Positions 46,920 to 58,700 are shown, counted from the first letter of the stretch. The stretch is DNA of 64,000 nucleotides from Eukaryota sp. TZLM1-RC (GCA_040285825.1 JAUPSS010000004.1:4555784-4619783); one strand, 5' to 3'. Notes: generated from the letters alone by a model not told the origin. Numbers and translations: made by a program.

Positions 46920-47407
46920 TGATGGATTCTGTTGTGAAGAAACTCCGTATTCTCAAACACAAGCTGTCTAAGCAAACACGGATTCAACTGCTTCTAACAT
47001 TCTGTCAAATCGTCCTTATTCAATCTGCTTCCTACCTTTCCCACCTTGTTTTATCACTGATTTTTATACCATTTGGTCGCTATGCATCTCTCACATCAAT
47101 GTTTCACACCACTGCTTTCCTCTTATCACTTCCCATATGGTTGGTTTACAACACCATAGCAGCCTTAATCACTGGAGTTATTGTTGCTTTTGTGGTTGTT
47201 GAACCATCCAGAATTTGGGATTTTGCATTTACCTTTTACTTAATACATTTCATGTTTTCTTCTTTTTTTAGCACCTTTTCTTTCCGTTTCCTGCTGTTCA
47301 ATATTCTTTTCTTTTCTATTTCAACGATTACAGGTCTGGTTTACGCCAGGAAGCTTGCATCCAAGGAAGTTTTTATTCAACATTCACCTAACGAAGAAGG
47401 TGTTTAG
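46920..47407 (+). CDS. SYS1: SYS1-like Golgi integral membrane protein
   Basis: QIVLIQS..YL, four TM helices, WDFAFTFYLIHF. Confidence 0.65.
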
Positions 47408-47559
47408 ATCAATGTTTTGTTTATTTAATGTAATGTTTTTTTATTTTATTTAATTTTATGGTTTTTCCTTTTCATTACTTTGTTTATAAGAAACCTATTT
47501 TTCAATTTTTCCTATTGTTCTTCATGTAATGACACTATGTTTGGAAACCACAGCTTTTC

Positions 47560-47864
47560 AGACCAAATATTGGTTAAATACAACAGCAACAAAAATGAAA
47601 AAAATGAAAGACCTACAATAAACGTTTTGAACATAGTTTCAATTGGTACATTTTTCAGGCTCACAAATCCCAAATTCTATAAGAGAGAAAAGATTCATGG
47701 TTTGTTAGCTGGTGACAGTGAGAATTGTTCACACAAGCTTTTCACTAGAAATAAGTTGGCTTGTCTGAATTTGTTTGCAATTGCTGAAGCAAGAATGAGT
47801 GGTAATGAAAGACCTCAGTATCTGTGTAGATAGTTTTTGTAATTATTCCACACAAAAATTGATC
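47560..47864 (+). mobile_element. Fanzor 3'-end remnant, family B
   Basis: RPT, FFRLTNP..YKREK..GLLA..SE.C, KLFTRNKLACLNL..AEARM.GNERPQYL, plus a 3' tail shared with 50188-50221. Confidence 0.85.
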
Positions 47865-47876
47865 AATTCAATAAAG

Positions 47877-48953
47877 ATGTCAACACTGCCGTCGATATCT
47901 TCCACATACAGAGATTCTATTACAGATGCTACAGTTGTTAACATCTCTGGCCGTCCTTTTAGACTGTCTTCGGTTCCAGTCGATGTAGTCGCCACACCTG
48001 CTCATTCTCAACAACAATGTCAAACCTCTACTTCCTCCATCGCCCTAAACATTTCCACAGACTGTTCATCTGGAATAAGTTCATATTCGATACCTGTCCC
48101 CCATGAACTTAAACACAATTTCCTGAAAACTCAAAAGAAAATAGTCTCTTCGCTTGAACAGGATCATGGAGTCACCATTAAGTCAACCTACCAATCAATC
48201 ACAATCACTTCACAAGATGCCTCTTCTATTCACACCACTGCTTCTCTCCTCACAGATCACTTACAAACCCACAAACTCAATGCTCCCCCTACCCACTTCT
48301 TGGCCGTTCCTCTTGTCACTCAGACTGATATGAGAGATACAGTGACGTCTATCAGTGACAGGATAATAGAGCTTTTGATAGATGATCCACAGTTTAAGGA
48401 AGTGCAATTAGTTGGCTATAAAAAGTTTCATTTGACTTTATTGGTGTTGAATGCATACGATGACGGTGATGTTGATGAGGTCAACAAGATTCTAGATGAA
48501 AATGCTGAGCAAATTTTGAATATTTTAGGTAGAGATCTTGCACTGAGCCTTTCTTGTTTATCAATCATGAAGGGTTCTCCCGAGAAGTGCAAAGTGTTAC
48601 ACTTTGATGTCATAAATGATGATAATTTGCAACGAATTTTTGAATTTAGAAGATTTATTATGGACAAGTTAGACAAATTCATCTCTCCCAGAATAAAAAA
48701 ACAGTCATTTAGAGCCCATGCCACTATTTTGAACACCAAATACGGCGCCAAAGGTAGATTCAATGTTAAAGTTAATGTTTCAAATGTTTTGCAAGAGGGT
48801 TTGTGCATTCAAGATCCAATAGCTATACCGTGTATTTGTTTCTACAAAATGGATAAGGACCCTATATTTGGATATCCCATAGAAAATGTAGTGCCATTAA
48901 ATAGTAAGTCAAAAGATGAAATCATTGATGAAATTAGAGAAGTTTGTCAATAA
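47877..48953 (+). CDS. ASCC1: ASCC1-like (KH + AKAP7-type 2H phosphoesterase)
   Basis: PTHFLAVPL, FHLTL, HATILNTKY; ATG at 47877. Confidence 0.82.
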   Translation: MSTLPSISSTYRDSITDATVVNISGRPFRLSSVPVDVVATPAHSQQQCQTSTSSIALNISTDCSSGISSYSIPVPHELKHNFLKTQKKIVSSLEQDHGVTIKSTYQSITITSQDASSIHTTASLLTDHLQTHKLNAPPTHFLAVPLVTQTDMRDTVTSISDRIIELLIDDPQFKEVQLVGYKKFHLTLLVLNAYDDGDVDEVNKILDENAEQILNILGRDLALSLSCLSIMKGSPEKCKVLHFDVINDDNLQRIFEFRRFIMDKLDKFISPRIKKQSFRAHATILNTKYGAKGRFNVKVNVSNVLQEGLCIQDPIAIPCICFYKMDKDPIFGYPIENVVPLNSKSKDEIIDEIREVCQ

Positions 48954-49239
48954 AATGAGTCTTGAGTTATAGTTTTTACTACAGTGAATCTGTATCATTT
49001 TTGGATTTTTCCATACGATCTTAGTTTGAGTCTTTTGATACAACTTGATGATTTTTAGACCGTGGAAAAAACATTAGAACATGTGTAAATAGATAAAATC
49101 AAGAGAAAGTATGAGAATGAAATGATTTAATTCACAAATTCAAAAAAAACTCAATGTTAAAATGAATGAATTACTATGACTATTATGACTATTATGTTCA
49201 AAAAGGAAGCTCTGATTTGGTAGGGGTAGGTAATGGTCC

Positions 49240-50221
49240 TTTATGTCAATCAATCAAAGAAGAATGAGGTGAAGGTGTGTATTTGTGCTTAACAATTCTC
49301 GATTGTTTGTGATCCTGGAAAACGTGATTTATTGTATTTTGGGAGTAAAAAGACTGATCAAGAACTAGCCATGGTGCCTGAACATGAAACTGAACAGCAA
49401 AGAAATAGTCGGGTGATGAATCAAGACAAGAAGTACAAATGGTTGAGAATGACTCAGATGTCCTGGTCTTTGAAAAGTAGGATGAATGAAAAGCAAAAAG
49501 GATGGGCGACAAAGTATACTGAGGTAGATTACGACAGGAACCAAATGATAGAGTCTAACGAAATGACAATTGAAGATGCAAACACCAAATTATCCGCCTT
49601 TGCTGCCAATTCAGCAACTTTTATAGATTTTTCCAACTTTGTGGTTGCCAAACTTCGGCAAGTTTTTTTGACAAACGACTTTTACAGTCTTGACTTGTGG
49701 AGCATACATGAAATGCAAGCTTTTATTCACAAACAAAAGACTGAAAGTTGGTTGTTAAAAAGCCTGTTCAGAATTTTGCAACCTAAAAGACACTTTAATA
49801 CTAATGGGTGATTATGGTAAAAAAGGTTCCAAGAATTTGAAACATAAACAGAGACCTACTAGAGGCATTGGATGGATTCAATTTCTGATAAGAAATGGAT
49901 TTGAAGTATTGATGATTAATGAAGCTTTCACTTCAGCAAAATGTCCTGTTTGTTTTCAAAAGGTTGCTACGTTTTTGAGAGTAACAAGTCCCAGATGCTA
50001 TAGAAGAGAAAAGACTCCTGTTACTACATGTCAAGGTTTATTAGCTTGTAATAGTGAGAGTTGCAAACTCAGTAACAAAGGCTCAACAAAGCTTTTCAAT
50101 AGAAATAAGCTGGCTTGTCTGTATATTTTTGCAATTGCTGAAGCCAGAATGATTAGTAATGAAAGGCCTCATTATCTGTCTAGTAGATAGTTTTTGTAAT
50201 TATTCCACACGAAAATTGATC
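49240..50221 (+). pseudogene. Fanzor1 C-terminal half, family B, frameshifted
   Basis: RuvC-I IVCDPGKRDLLYF, FIHKQKTE, MGDY, RPTRG.GW, RuvC-II INEAFTSAKCP.C, PR.YR..GLL.C...C, FNRNKLAC, ERP.YL. Confidence 0.9.
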
Positions 50222-50328
50222 GTGTATTTATGGGAATTTCCCATCGAATATCTTTACCAATCTCTTGCTTGTTTCTTTCTTTAACCTAGGACGTGACGTA
50301 AATATCATACAACTGCTACTGTCAAGAT

Positions 50329-51667
50329 ATGTCACTGACACGATCTCTTTCTCCAGTCTCCTTTCACTTTTCCTCTGATGAAGCTGGAGCTTCCCGTCCT
50401 GCTCTTGGAGGCGCTATAGACTGTATAATGCTTTACGAAAACTCTCCTGATAACATTGTGTCAAGCTCACCCATTTGGATCCAGTTTGGCCATTTCTCTT
50501 TCCGGAAAGCATGTGGAAGACAATGTTATTTAGAAGTAAATGGAAAACAAACTGGAATTAGAATGATACTTGATAAACATGGTGTGGGTGCTTTTACAGA
50601 CGACTGCATTGACCCCGAACTAAAACCACAACTAGATGCCATAACACAGCCCCCAGAAGAGGAACCCCAGTATGAAAATCAAGAAAATCTTGGTGGGGAC
50701 GATCTTATATCACCTCCACCAAAGACTACCGATGGAGGATTGTTGATCGAGTATGATGCCTCTGAGATTAAAAGCAGCGAGGACATTGTTCCTATCAGAA
50801 GAGGAGGCTATCCCAGTGAACAATTCCCTTGTAGCAGTAAGATTGACTGTACTCACTTAGAATGGGGGAAAACTGGCGTATTCATACCTCCAGCAAAGGC
50901 CTTGGCACATTTGTCACAATTCTTACATCCAGGAGCCAATGTTGTTCGTTATGTTGCTCTTTCACGGACTTCAAATGAACCTAGATCCAAAATAGGGGGC
51001 TATATATATCTTTGGCCAACTCAGCGACGAGCTGTAGTGTTTGATGTAGATGGCACTATAACATCTTCTGATACCTTTGGATTTGTTTTACCCAAATTTA
51101 AACTTGGCAAATGGCAAAGAAAAGGTGTTGTGAAGGTGGCAAAGGACATTGTAAAATTGGGCTATGTGCCCGTCTATCTCACTATGAGAGGGTTGGCATT
51201 AGCTTCGAGTACGAGGAAGTACCTACAGAAGGTAGTTTCGGAGCATAAGTCGCATCTCCCAAAAGGACCCGTGATTACTTGCTCTGCCGGGATTTTAGGT
51301 GCAGGCAAAATAGATGCTGGGGATTATAAGAGTTTTGCTTTGGGGACAGTGTCTAGAGCATTAAACAGACGGCTTGATGGTCAAAAAGACAACCTTTTTC
51401 ACTTTTATGGGTTTGTTGAATCTTAGTGTTAACTTTAGAGGTTTTGGAAATCGAAGAACAGACTCCAAGGCGTATTTTAGTGCGGGAATTAGCACATCAA
51501 GGATTTTTTATTTTTCCACCAGTTTATTTTCTGAGGATATTGCATGGAGAAACTATGAAGAGTTGGCTGCTTCAGGGTATTTGGATCGTGTGTTTTCCGA
51601 ATATTTGAATCTGGAGGATAGAGAAGAAATTCATCAGGAATTGGACAGTGATATAGTTAACCAATAA
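50329..51667 (+). CDS. Lipin/Pah1 phosphatidate phosphatase (N-LIP + LNS2), 2 exons
   Basis: LGGAIDCI, SSP..I.FG, DVDGTITSSD; 28-nt intron 51411-51438 gives FYGGFGNR.TD..AY...GI...RIF. Confidence 0.92.
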
Positions 51668-51872
51668 TTCTTTTGGGTTGTGATTAGAGAAACGAATTAT
51701 TTTTGATTGTAAATATGTTTGTATAATTGCTGTTCAATTGAATAATCACAGAATGTGGAGTAATTTGATCAAATTTGATGTTATTATTTGAGAGAAGTGG
51801 ATCAATGTTAAATTACAATTGATTAAGGATATAGAGCACCTTCCTGATATATGGGAAACTAAACCAAAGGGA

Positions 51873-52658
51873 TTAACTGAGTTCTCCAACTTCAGGTATA
51901 AGAGATATTTCAAAGAATAAACCCTCAGGTAATGCTTTAAAGAAGTACAGCACTTGAAGGATACCACTCTCGTCAACTCTCACACGAACCATGTGGAGTA
52001 TACCTACTTTCGAAAGTGGCTTTAGAGCTTTCCTAAAAAGATCTCCCCTATAGGCGAAGGAACATTCTCCACTACCGGTAACAGCTAATGCGTCGATATG
52101 TGGTGATTTTCGAATTACACAAACAGATCCACAATCAATTTTTAGTGAACCACTGTTGAATGAAAGAATCGTTTGAAATGGGAGTGATGACAATTGAGCC
52201 AATGCCTTGGCCATCAAAGGAGGCTGTGCTGCTGCAGTAGCCTTAAGTGATGAACTGTCAAATCCAAGGTCCAGCACTGGCTCCTCTATATCCAAAGTAT
52301 TAATTGTGACAGAAACAGTGTGAACACTATCCTCCGAAACTAATTTAGTAACAAGTTGTGCGTCTTCGTCTATCAACATATCCACACCAACTGAAAACTT
52401 GCCGAAAACAGATACCAACTCAACCCATCGTCCAACATTTAATCCAAATGAAGTAGTTTCGTCACCAACTTCAAATTTAACGAATAAATCTCGTCTAAAA
52501 TCAGCACGTGCCACCATCACTGAGGCATAAGAAGAGTAGAACCGTACACCATATCTAGAAATCTGAACATAAAGTGGTCGTTGATCTGCTACATCAAAAG
52601 CCTTCAATATATCTACAAAGAGGGAAAAGAACTGCCGAGTTAAACTCAAGGAAACCAT
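51873..52658 (-). CDS. RAD1: 9-1-1 clamp subunit Rad1-like
   Basis: ILKA..V.IS..GV.F....M.A.A.FRRDLF.KFEV.DE..SFGLN....E.VSVFG; Y...L..KALKPL; VRVDESGIL. Confidence 0.8.
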   Translation of the reverse strand: MVSLSLTRQFFSLFVDILKAFDVADQRPLYVQISRYGVRFYSSYASVMVARADFRRDLFVKFEVGDETTSFGLNVGRWVELVSVFGKFSVGVDMLIDEDAQLVTKLVSEDSVHTVSVTINTLDIEEPVLDLGFDSSSLKATAAAQPPLMAKALAQLSSLPFQTILSFNSGSLKIDCGSVCVIRKSPHIDALAVTGSGECSFAYRGDLFRKALKPLSKVGILHMVRVRVDESGILQVLYFFKALPEGLFFEISLIPEVGELS

Positions 52659-53625
52659 GGGTGAAGATTTCTTGGCGAATTTTGTGATTACTCAACAAAT
52701 GGTGAGGTCTTATGTCACTGCCTATGCACAAGTTGACAGCTCTTCACTTTCCTCTTTGTCACACTTGAAAGAACCTCAAATTCGTGATCGTGTTCGTCAA
52801 ATTCAGATTTACCCAGTTCTATCCTACCAGTGGTTATCATTGGCCTCAGTATTACATGAGCTTGCCGTCATTGCACAAGCTGAAAGAATGGCCACTGATT
52901 CTACATCAACAGATTTTACTCTATGGGAAAGCCATCACAATGTTCTAAGGCTTTTAGTGGAAGAATCCAAACCTCATATCATTATTTCCTTGCTTAATTC
53001 ATACAAGACATTTATGTTGCTTCCTGAAACACAAGGGGAAAACTTTAGAAAACTAGTCAGACAGAAAAGTGCTGAATACCAGATTAGTTGTGCACAAATT
53101 GCCTCATACATGACTCAATTCGAAGAGGGTGCTGGTGCTCTTTGTGAAGGTTTGTTACAGTATTCAGAAGTCTTTCAGACCATCAATTTGTCTTCCCTTC
53201 TTGAGCACTTTGCGTTACTCCTCTCTGATCGTCCTATCTTGGTTCTTGACGAACAGGACCACGGGAGGACTCAAGAAGCTTTGGTGGTACCTTACATACT
53301 GGCTTTGGTCAAGAAATTGGATACCCTAGATTCTACCATTGTTGAAAAAATTCTTGAATATGATTTAATTTCAAAGTTGATAGTTCACCTATCTGGTCAT
53401 CGGGAGAAGTTTTCGTCTCAATGGTACTCAATGGGTCTTGAAGCACTCTCAATCTTATTGTTACACGAAGACGTAGAGACTGATGTAGAAGATATTGTCA
53501 ACGAAGATGCAAGGTTTGGATTGAAAGAGGCGCTGAAATTCTTGGACAGAGACGATTTAACACTCGACGACATTCAAAAATACAGAGGGGTCAGGCTTTG
53601 CGGAAGGCGATTGAAGTTGGTTTAG
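52657..53625 (+). CDS. Hypothetical helical (ARM-like) protein
   Basis: 322-aa ORF; true start may be the Met at 52699. Confidence 0.65.
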   Translation: MGEDFLANFVITQQMVRSYVTAYAQVDSSSLSSLSHLKEPQIRDRVRQIQIYPVLSYQWLSLASVLHELAVIAQAERMATDSTSTDFTLWESHHNVLRLLVEESKPHIIISLLNSYKTFMLLPETQGENFRKLVRQKSAEYQISCAQIASYMTQFEEGAGALCEGLLQYSEVFQTINLSSLLEHFALLLSDRPILVLDEQDHGRTQEALVVPYILALVKKLDTLDSTIVEKILEYDLISKLIVHLSGHREKFSSQWYSMGLEALSILLLHEDVETDVEDIVNEDARFGLKEALKFLDRDDLTLDDIQKYRGVRLCGRRLKLV

Positions 53626-54004
53626 TTTTAGAAAATTGTATAAATTTGTAGCTTTATTTTTGTTTGAATATTAGACTTTCTTGTACCCCAATTGGAAAAA
53701 TGCAAGACCTTCACCTTCATTGAGCCAATATCTGGACAAACCACAAAAATTCTAACATAAATCTTTACTCTGACATTCTTAATTCCATTCTACTTAGAAT
53801 GAATGAAACCAATAGTCTATGGAAGGATCGAAGAACGCTGATGCCCAATTGACACGCTGCGAAGAACAATTTCTTTGTGAGACTACAATAATCAAATCCA
53901 GATCAGACTTTGGAGATTAACCAAAATCTTAATTTTAATTTTAAAAAGCAATACAAAACTGAATTTATAAACAGACAAAAATCGAATCAATTGAAGGAAA
54001 CCAA

Positions 54005-54802
54005 TCAATCAACAGACGGATATATAGTTTCCTCATTACTATCTTCTTCTGGCTGCTCAGCTTCCACAACCTCACCACCATTATAACCAGACTTAACCCC
54101 ATCAACAAAGGAACCAAGAGTGGTTCTAGTGGTGGTCACTCCCTTTTTAATTGCATCATTGGACATGGCCTTTGATTTAAAGCCAGAAACTGTTGATTTC
54201 ACCCGAGAACTAATGTTGAACTTCGTGTCAACAGAATTGACAGCAGATTTAGTAGCCTTACTGGTATGATCTGCAAACTGCTTGGCTGATGAGGATACTC
54301 CATGTTCTTGGTCAAATTGCTTGACTTTTCTAGAAACTCCGACTTTTTGGTCGAATGTTTTGACCTGGGTGGCAGCCACATCAATGCCTTTCTTGGCTGT
54401 GAAAAGAGCCTTACCAACAAAAGAACCTAGTGAAGAAGTCGTGTTGGAGGTAGGAGTGGTGACAGAGTCATCTATTGAAGGAGCGGACGGCGAATGGTCA
54501 TCAAGAGACGAACAGTCGAAAATATCAACCACACGACTGACAGTGACGGGACTCTGACCTAGGAGAGAACCATGAAGGGAGAGGGAGTTTGTTACAGATG
54601 ACTCATCTTGAAATACTATAATACTGTGGAGATAACCTCCTTGTGTATGCTCATTAGGTTGGAGTACAGAGCGAAGTATGGTCCCACTGAACCCAAAGTA
54701 AGACTCCAAGGACTGAGAAGTAACTTGAGGGGAAAGATTAGAGATGTAAACAGCTCTAGAAGCTTCAGAAGCACAGAGAGGAAACGGCGGCTGTTCAAGC
54801 AT
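54005..54802 (-). CDS. RRM protein, Vip1/BPA1-like
   Basis: VYISNLSP..T...L..YF.FSG.I, F......SL.L.GS.L, then K.FD...GVS repeats. Confidence 0.75.
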   Translation of the reverse strand: MLEQPPFPLCASEASRAVYISNLSPQVTSQSLESYFGFSGTILRSVLQPNEHTQGGYLHSIIVFQDESSVTNSLSLHGSLLGQSPVTVSRVVDIFDCSSLDDHSPSAPSIDDSVTTPTSNTTSSLGSFVGKALFTAKKGIDVAATQVKTFDQKVGVSRKVKQFDQEHGVSSSAKQFADHTSKATKSAVNSVDTKFNISSRVKSTVSGFKSKAMSNDAIKKGVTTTRTTLGSFVDGVKSGYNGGEVVEAEQPEEDSNEETIYPSVD

Positions 54803-55570
54803 TGTTAATTATAAATGCTTTTGAATCAAAATAAATCAAAAGTTTTGATTTAAACTGTTGATTTATTATGATTCAAACTTGCCTTACGTTTGTTTTATGT
54901 ACTGTTTTTTCATTGAAATAAAATTCTATCCAGCATTCAATATCCTTCAAACAAGCATCACTATTACTAAAACTACTCACAGCATTTCGTTCATATTCTA
55001 CACCAATAGCTAAAAGAGCCTTAGAAATCATTGTTGAAATAGACTTGAAAATGCAAAAAAAAACAATTCTATTTAACCAGAAAGTGGAATTAATTTTCTT
55101 ACGAGACCTATTCAGAAACGAAGTGTAACCCTGAAAGTCCAATATTGCCAAAAAAGAAAATACAAACTGATAAATTACACGTTCCACTCTACCTAATTGT
55201 GCCAATGGTTCTCCACATTTTTCTATTTTCTTTCTTCAGCGTTAGATAGCAGTAAATCAACGAAATGCACCAAACGAGCAGCATGATGATTGCAGACATC
55301 CACTGAGACAACATCCACAACATTGAGAACATCATCGATTCTTGGAGCTATTAAATCTGCCCTTTTTTACCAAAGGAATCATCAGTTTGATCTGGAAATA
55401 GGTTACGAACTAAAGGTTCAATAAATGACTCTATATTGAAACTTTTGCACATGGCATAGAATTGACCACGAACGGAGTCGTGAACAATTGAGCGATGAGT
55501 TATACAATATTTGCAGTTTAAAATATGGGAAAGCGTAACCACACTCTTGCAGCGACAAATTAAATCATTG

Positions 55571-55724
55571 TGATGGTCTTGGCTGTTGGTTATTGTCTGA
55601 CATACAATGTGGAGTAACAGAAGTGTAATTTATTACGAAGAGGAATTGTATTCTCTCTTCTTAAGCTAACAGGCGGAATACTAATAATTAAACTATTAAC
55701 TATAAATACTATTCAAGACTAACA
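55571..55724 (-). repeat. 3' LTR
   Basis: Two mismatches versus 62786-62939. Confidence 0.97.
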
Positions 55725-58700
55725 CTGCCTTTTCCTCTCTTTCGAGCGACGAGCCCTGGAAGCTCTAGTCACAGGAGGTGAACTAATAGAATTATTACGC
55801 TTCTTGGGAGGAGCGGATTTAGTACGGCGACGTGCTTTTGAAGTCTTGATAAAGTCTTTATACGCGGCAGTATTTTGGACTGTAGACACATGCTCAGTGG
55901 TGATCTCTTTTCCTGACCATTGCACTTAGCAAAAGTCACCTTCCTGACTGAGCACTTTTTCAATGATGTGTTCTTCGACATCACCTGCAGCGACCCAGGA
56001 GTGGAACTCATCGTTGGTGGGCAAGCTGGAGTGCCAGGGAGCTAAGTGTTTGACGCTAGCTTGGACAATCGTACCTGTGCAGAGATTCTTAATGTTTACA
56101 GACGAATTGGATACGATTTCAGTAATTAGGAAGGGTCCTAAATAGTCTCCATGAAGCTTAGCGGAAGAGCCAGGTGCTCTCAATACCAATTGACCAACTT
56201 CAAAAGGGTTTGGAGTTGACGATCCAGCTAGCTTGGAAGCTTTGGAAGCTTGATGGTGTGCTGCCTTTTCCTGTTTCTCTTTCAATCTTCGAAATTTAGA
56301 TTGAATTTCTTGAATAAAAGATGACTCAGACGTCGAGCTTTCAATGATTTCAAGAATTTTGCCAGGGTCTGATCTGGGAGACACATCTGAGCCAAAGATC
56401 ACTTGGTATGGGGTGTGGTTGGTTATTGAGCTCTTGGAAGAGTTGATCAATAATTGCACATAAGGCAAGTATTCAGACCACACATCGTAGGCATTGAAGT
56501 CTACGAGCAATTTCCGTAGGTTTTGCAGGATGTCTCTGTGTCGGCGCTCTACCAGGCCGTTGGACGGAGAAAACCTAGGTATTGACTTTGACACCTCTAT
56601 GCCCAAAAATTTGCTTAATTCGTCAAAGACAGCCTTGGAAAATTCGGGTCCATTATCGCTGTGGATTTGAAATGGAATACCAAAGATGGCACAGACTTTC
56701 CAAATTAATGCATCTGCAGTAAGATTGGCATTTATCTCTTTTAAAGGCACGATGATCGTGAACCTAGAAAAGCTGTCAATAAATACGAGGATGTATTTGT
56801 AGCCTTCTTGATCTTCTGGAAGAGGACCAATAACGTCGGCGTTGACGCGAGCAAAGGGTCTGTCAGCCCACAAGGAACCGGTTGGGGGAACATGCAGTTT
56901 GGAAACTGACTTAGTTTTCTGACAGGAGGGGCATTCTTGGACGTGCTTATTCACGTCGGTGAGCATGTTTGGCCACCAATAATCGCTGTTCCTGAGCTTG
57001 TTCAGGCTTTCAGCTTTGCTTGGATGACCTCCTTGCAGAAGTCCATGCAACAAGTTAAGGGTGTCCTTACTGAGTGATTTGGGAATCACTATCTTGTTGT
57101 CGTGAGTCATATATAAATCAAGATGATTGTTATGAACACAGTTGTTGAAAGAGGGGTCTTTGGAAGCTATGGCAAGCTTCTGCTCGGACCTAATCCTACA
57201 TATTTATGGCTCGAAAATAGGCAGGTCGTTGGAACATCGTTCTCTGATGACCATGATACGTTCGAAGTTGTTTAAGTCTTCGATGTAGTATCTTTCATTT
57301 TCTGTTCCATCAATTTTATCAATGTAAAATATTGGATGAAAATTTGGAGGCATTTGATGGGACAAATGATTGATCTCTTGATGGTCTATAGGCGGAACTA
57401 TTCGAGACAACATATCAGCCCAGAAGTTATCTTCCCCTTTGGTATGTACCAAATCGAAGCAGAATTCAGAGAATATGGGTAACCATCTTGTTACAATTCT
57501 GTTCTTCTCAGGAGCCGTGAACATGTAGGTAAGGTTTTGATGGTCTGTGAATATAACCAGTTTCCTTCCTTTCAAGTAGTTTTCAAAACCACTTTGAGTT
57601 AACATGAGTAGGATAGCATAGAGTTCCTTTTGGTTTGTCGGCCAGTTCTTTTGCGAGTTGGTTAACAACCGGCTGAAGAAGCTGATAGGCCTACATTTCC
57701 TGTTGATCAGGGGGGTACCGGGGTCGTCGACTTGTTCGATTTGTTCCCATATGACGCCGCCTACAGCTATGTCGGACGCATCGCAACTAATTAAAAATTG
57801 GTTTTCCAGCGGAGGTAAGCTGAGCGGCATGTGCTTCGCTATCAGTTGTTTGATCTTTTGAAGGAGTCCGTCGTGCATGTCGGTCCATTGAAGGCGTTGC
57901 GCGCGGGGTTTGGGTTTAACTTTGGAGTTATTTCCATCCTTCTTAGTCAATCTGATGATAGGAGCGATGAGCTCAGATACCTGAGGAAGCCATTCTCTAA
58001 TGAAGTTGACTGATCCTACGAGGCTGCGGACGTCTTTGATTGTCCTTGGTCTAGGTAGATTCAACAAAGATTCAACGCGAGTGGGATCGATAGTCCGTTG
58101 TTTGTTTTGGAAAACACTGCCCAGTATCTTGATTGGGTGTCTGGAAGACACGAAATGGCACTTTGGAAGTCCCAAGGAAACTCTTTTGCGTCTAGCTTGG
58201 TCAAGGAAGCGACGGAGGCGTTCAATGAATTCGTCAAAGGTTGAACCTATGATTATGATGTCATCTATGTAAATGAAGACACCGTCTCCAGAGAAGATGT
58301 CAGCCATGACGTTTTGGAAAACGGCTGGGACATTCTTTAGGCCAAAAGCTGCACGTTTGAACATGATGCTTTTGCCGGGAATGCTCAGGGATGTTTTCTG
58401 CCAGTCCTTTTCAGCAATCTTGAGTTGCCAAAAGGCTTTGGGGAGGTCAAGGGTGCCTATGTAGTTCGCTTGGGAGAGAAATACCAGCACATCGGACATC
58501 CTTGGAAGGTTGGGCTCAACAGGAATGGTGTTGGCGTTGACTACGTCCTTGCCACTATAGTCAGCGGTAAGGCGGGCCTTACGGTGATCTGGGTAGACCA
58601 CTAGACATACAGGGGAGCTGAACTCATGGTTCGATGGGACAGCAAATCCTGAGTCTACGAGTTCGTTGAAAATTTGGTTAGCGACCTCTAGCTTGGCTGG

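Noticed and set aside
3613-52658. Rad9 and Rad1 in one window as a functional cluster
   Set aside because: They are 47 kb apart with many unrelated genes between, and there is no Hus1; plausible by chance.
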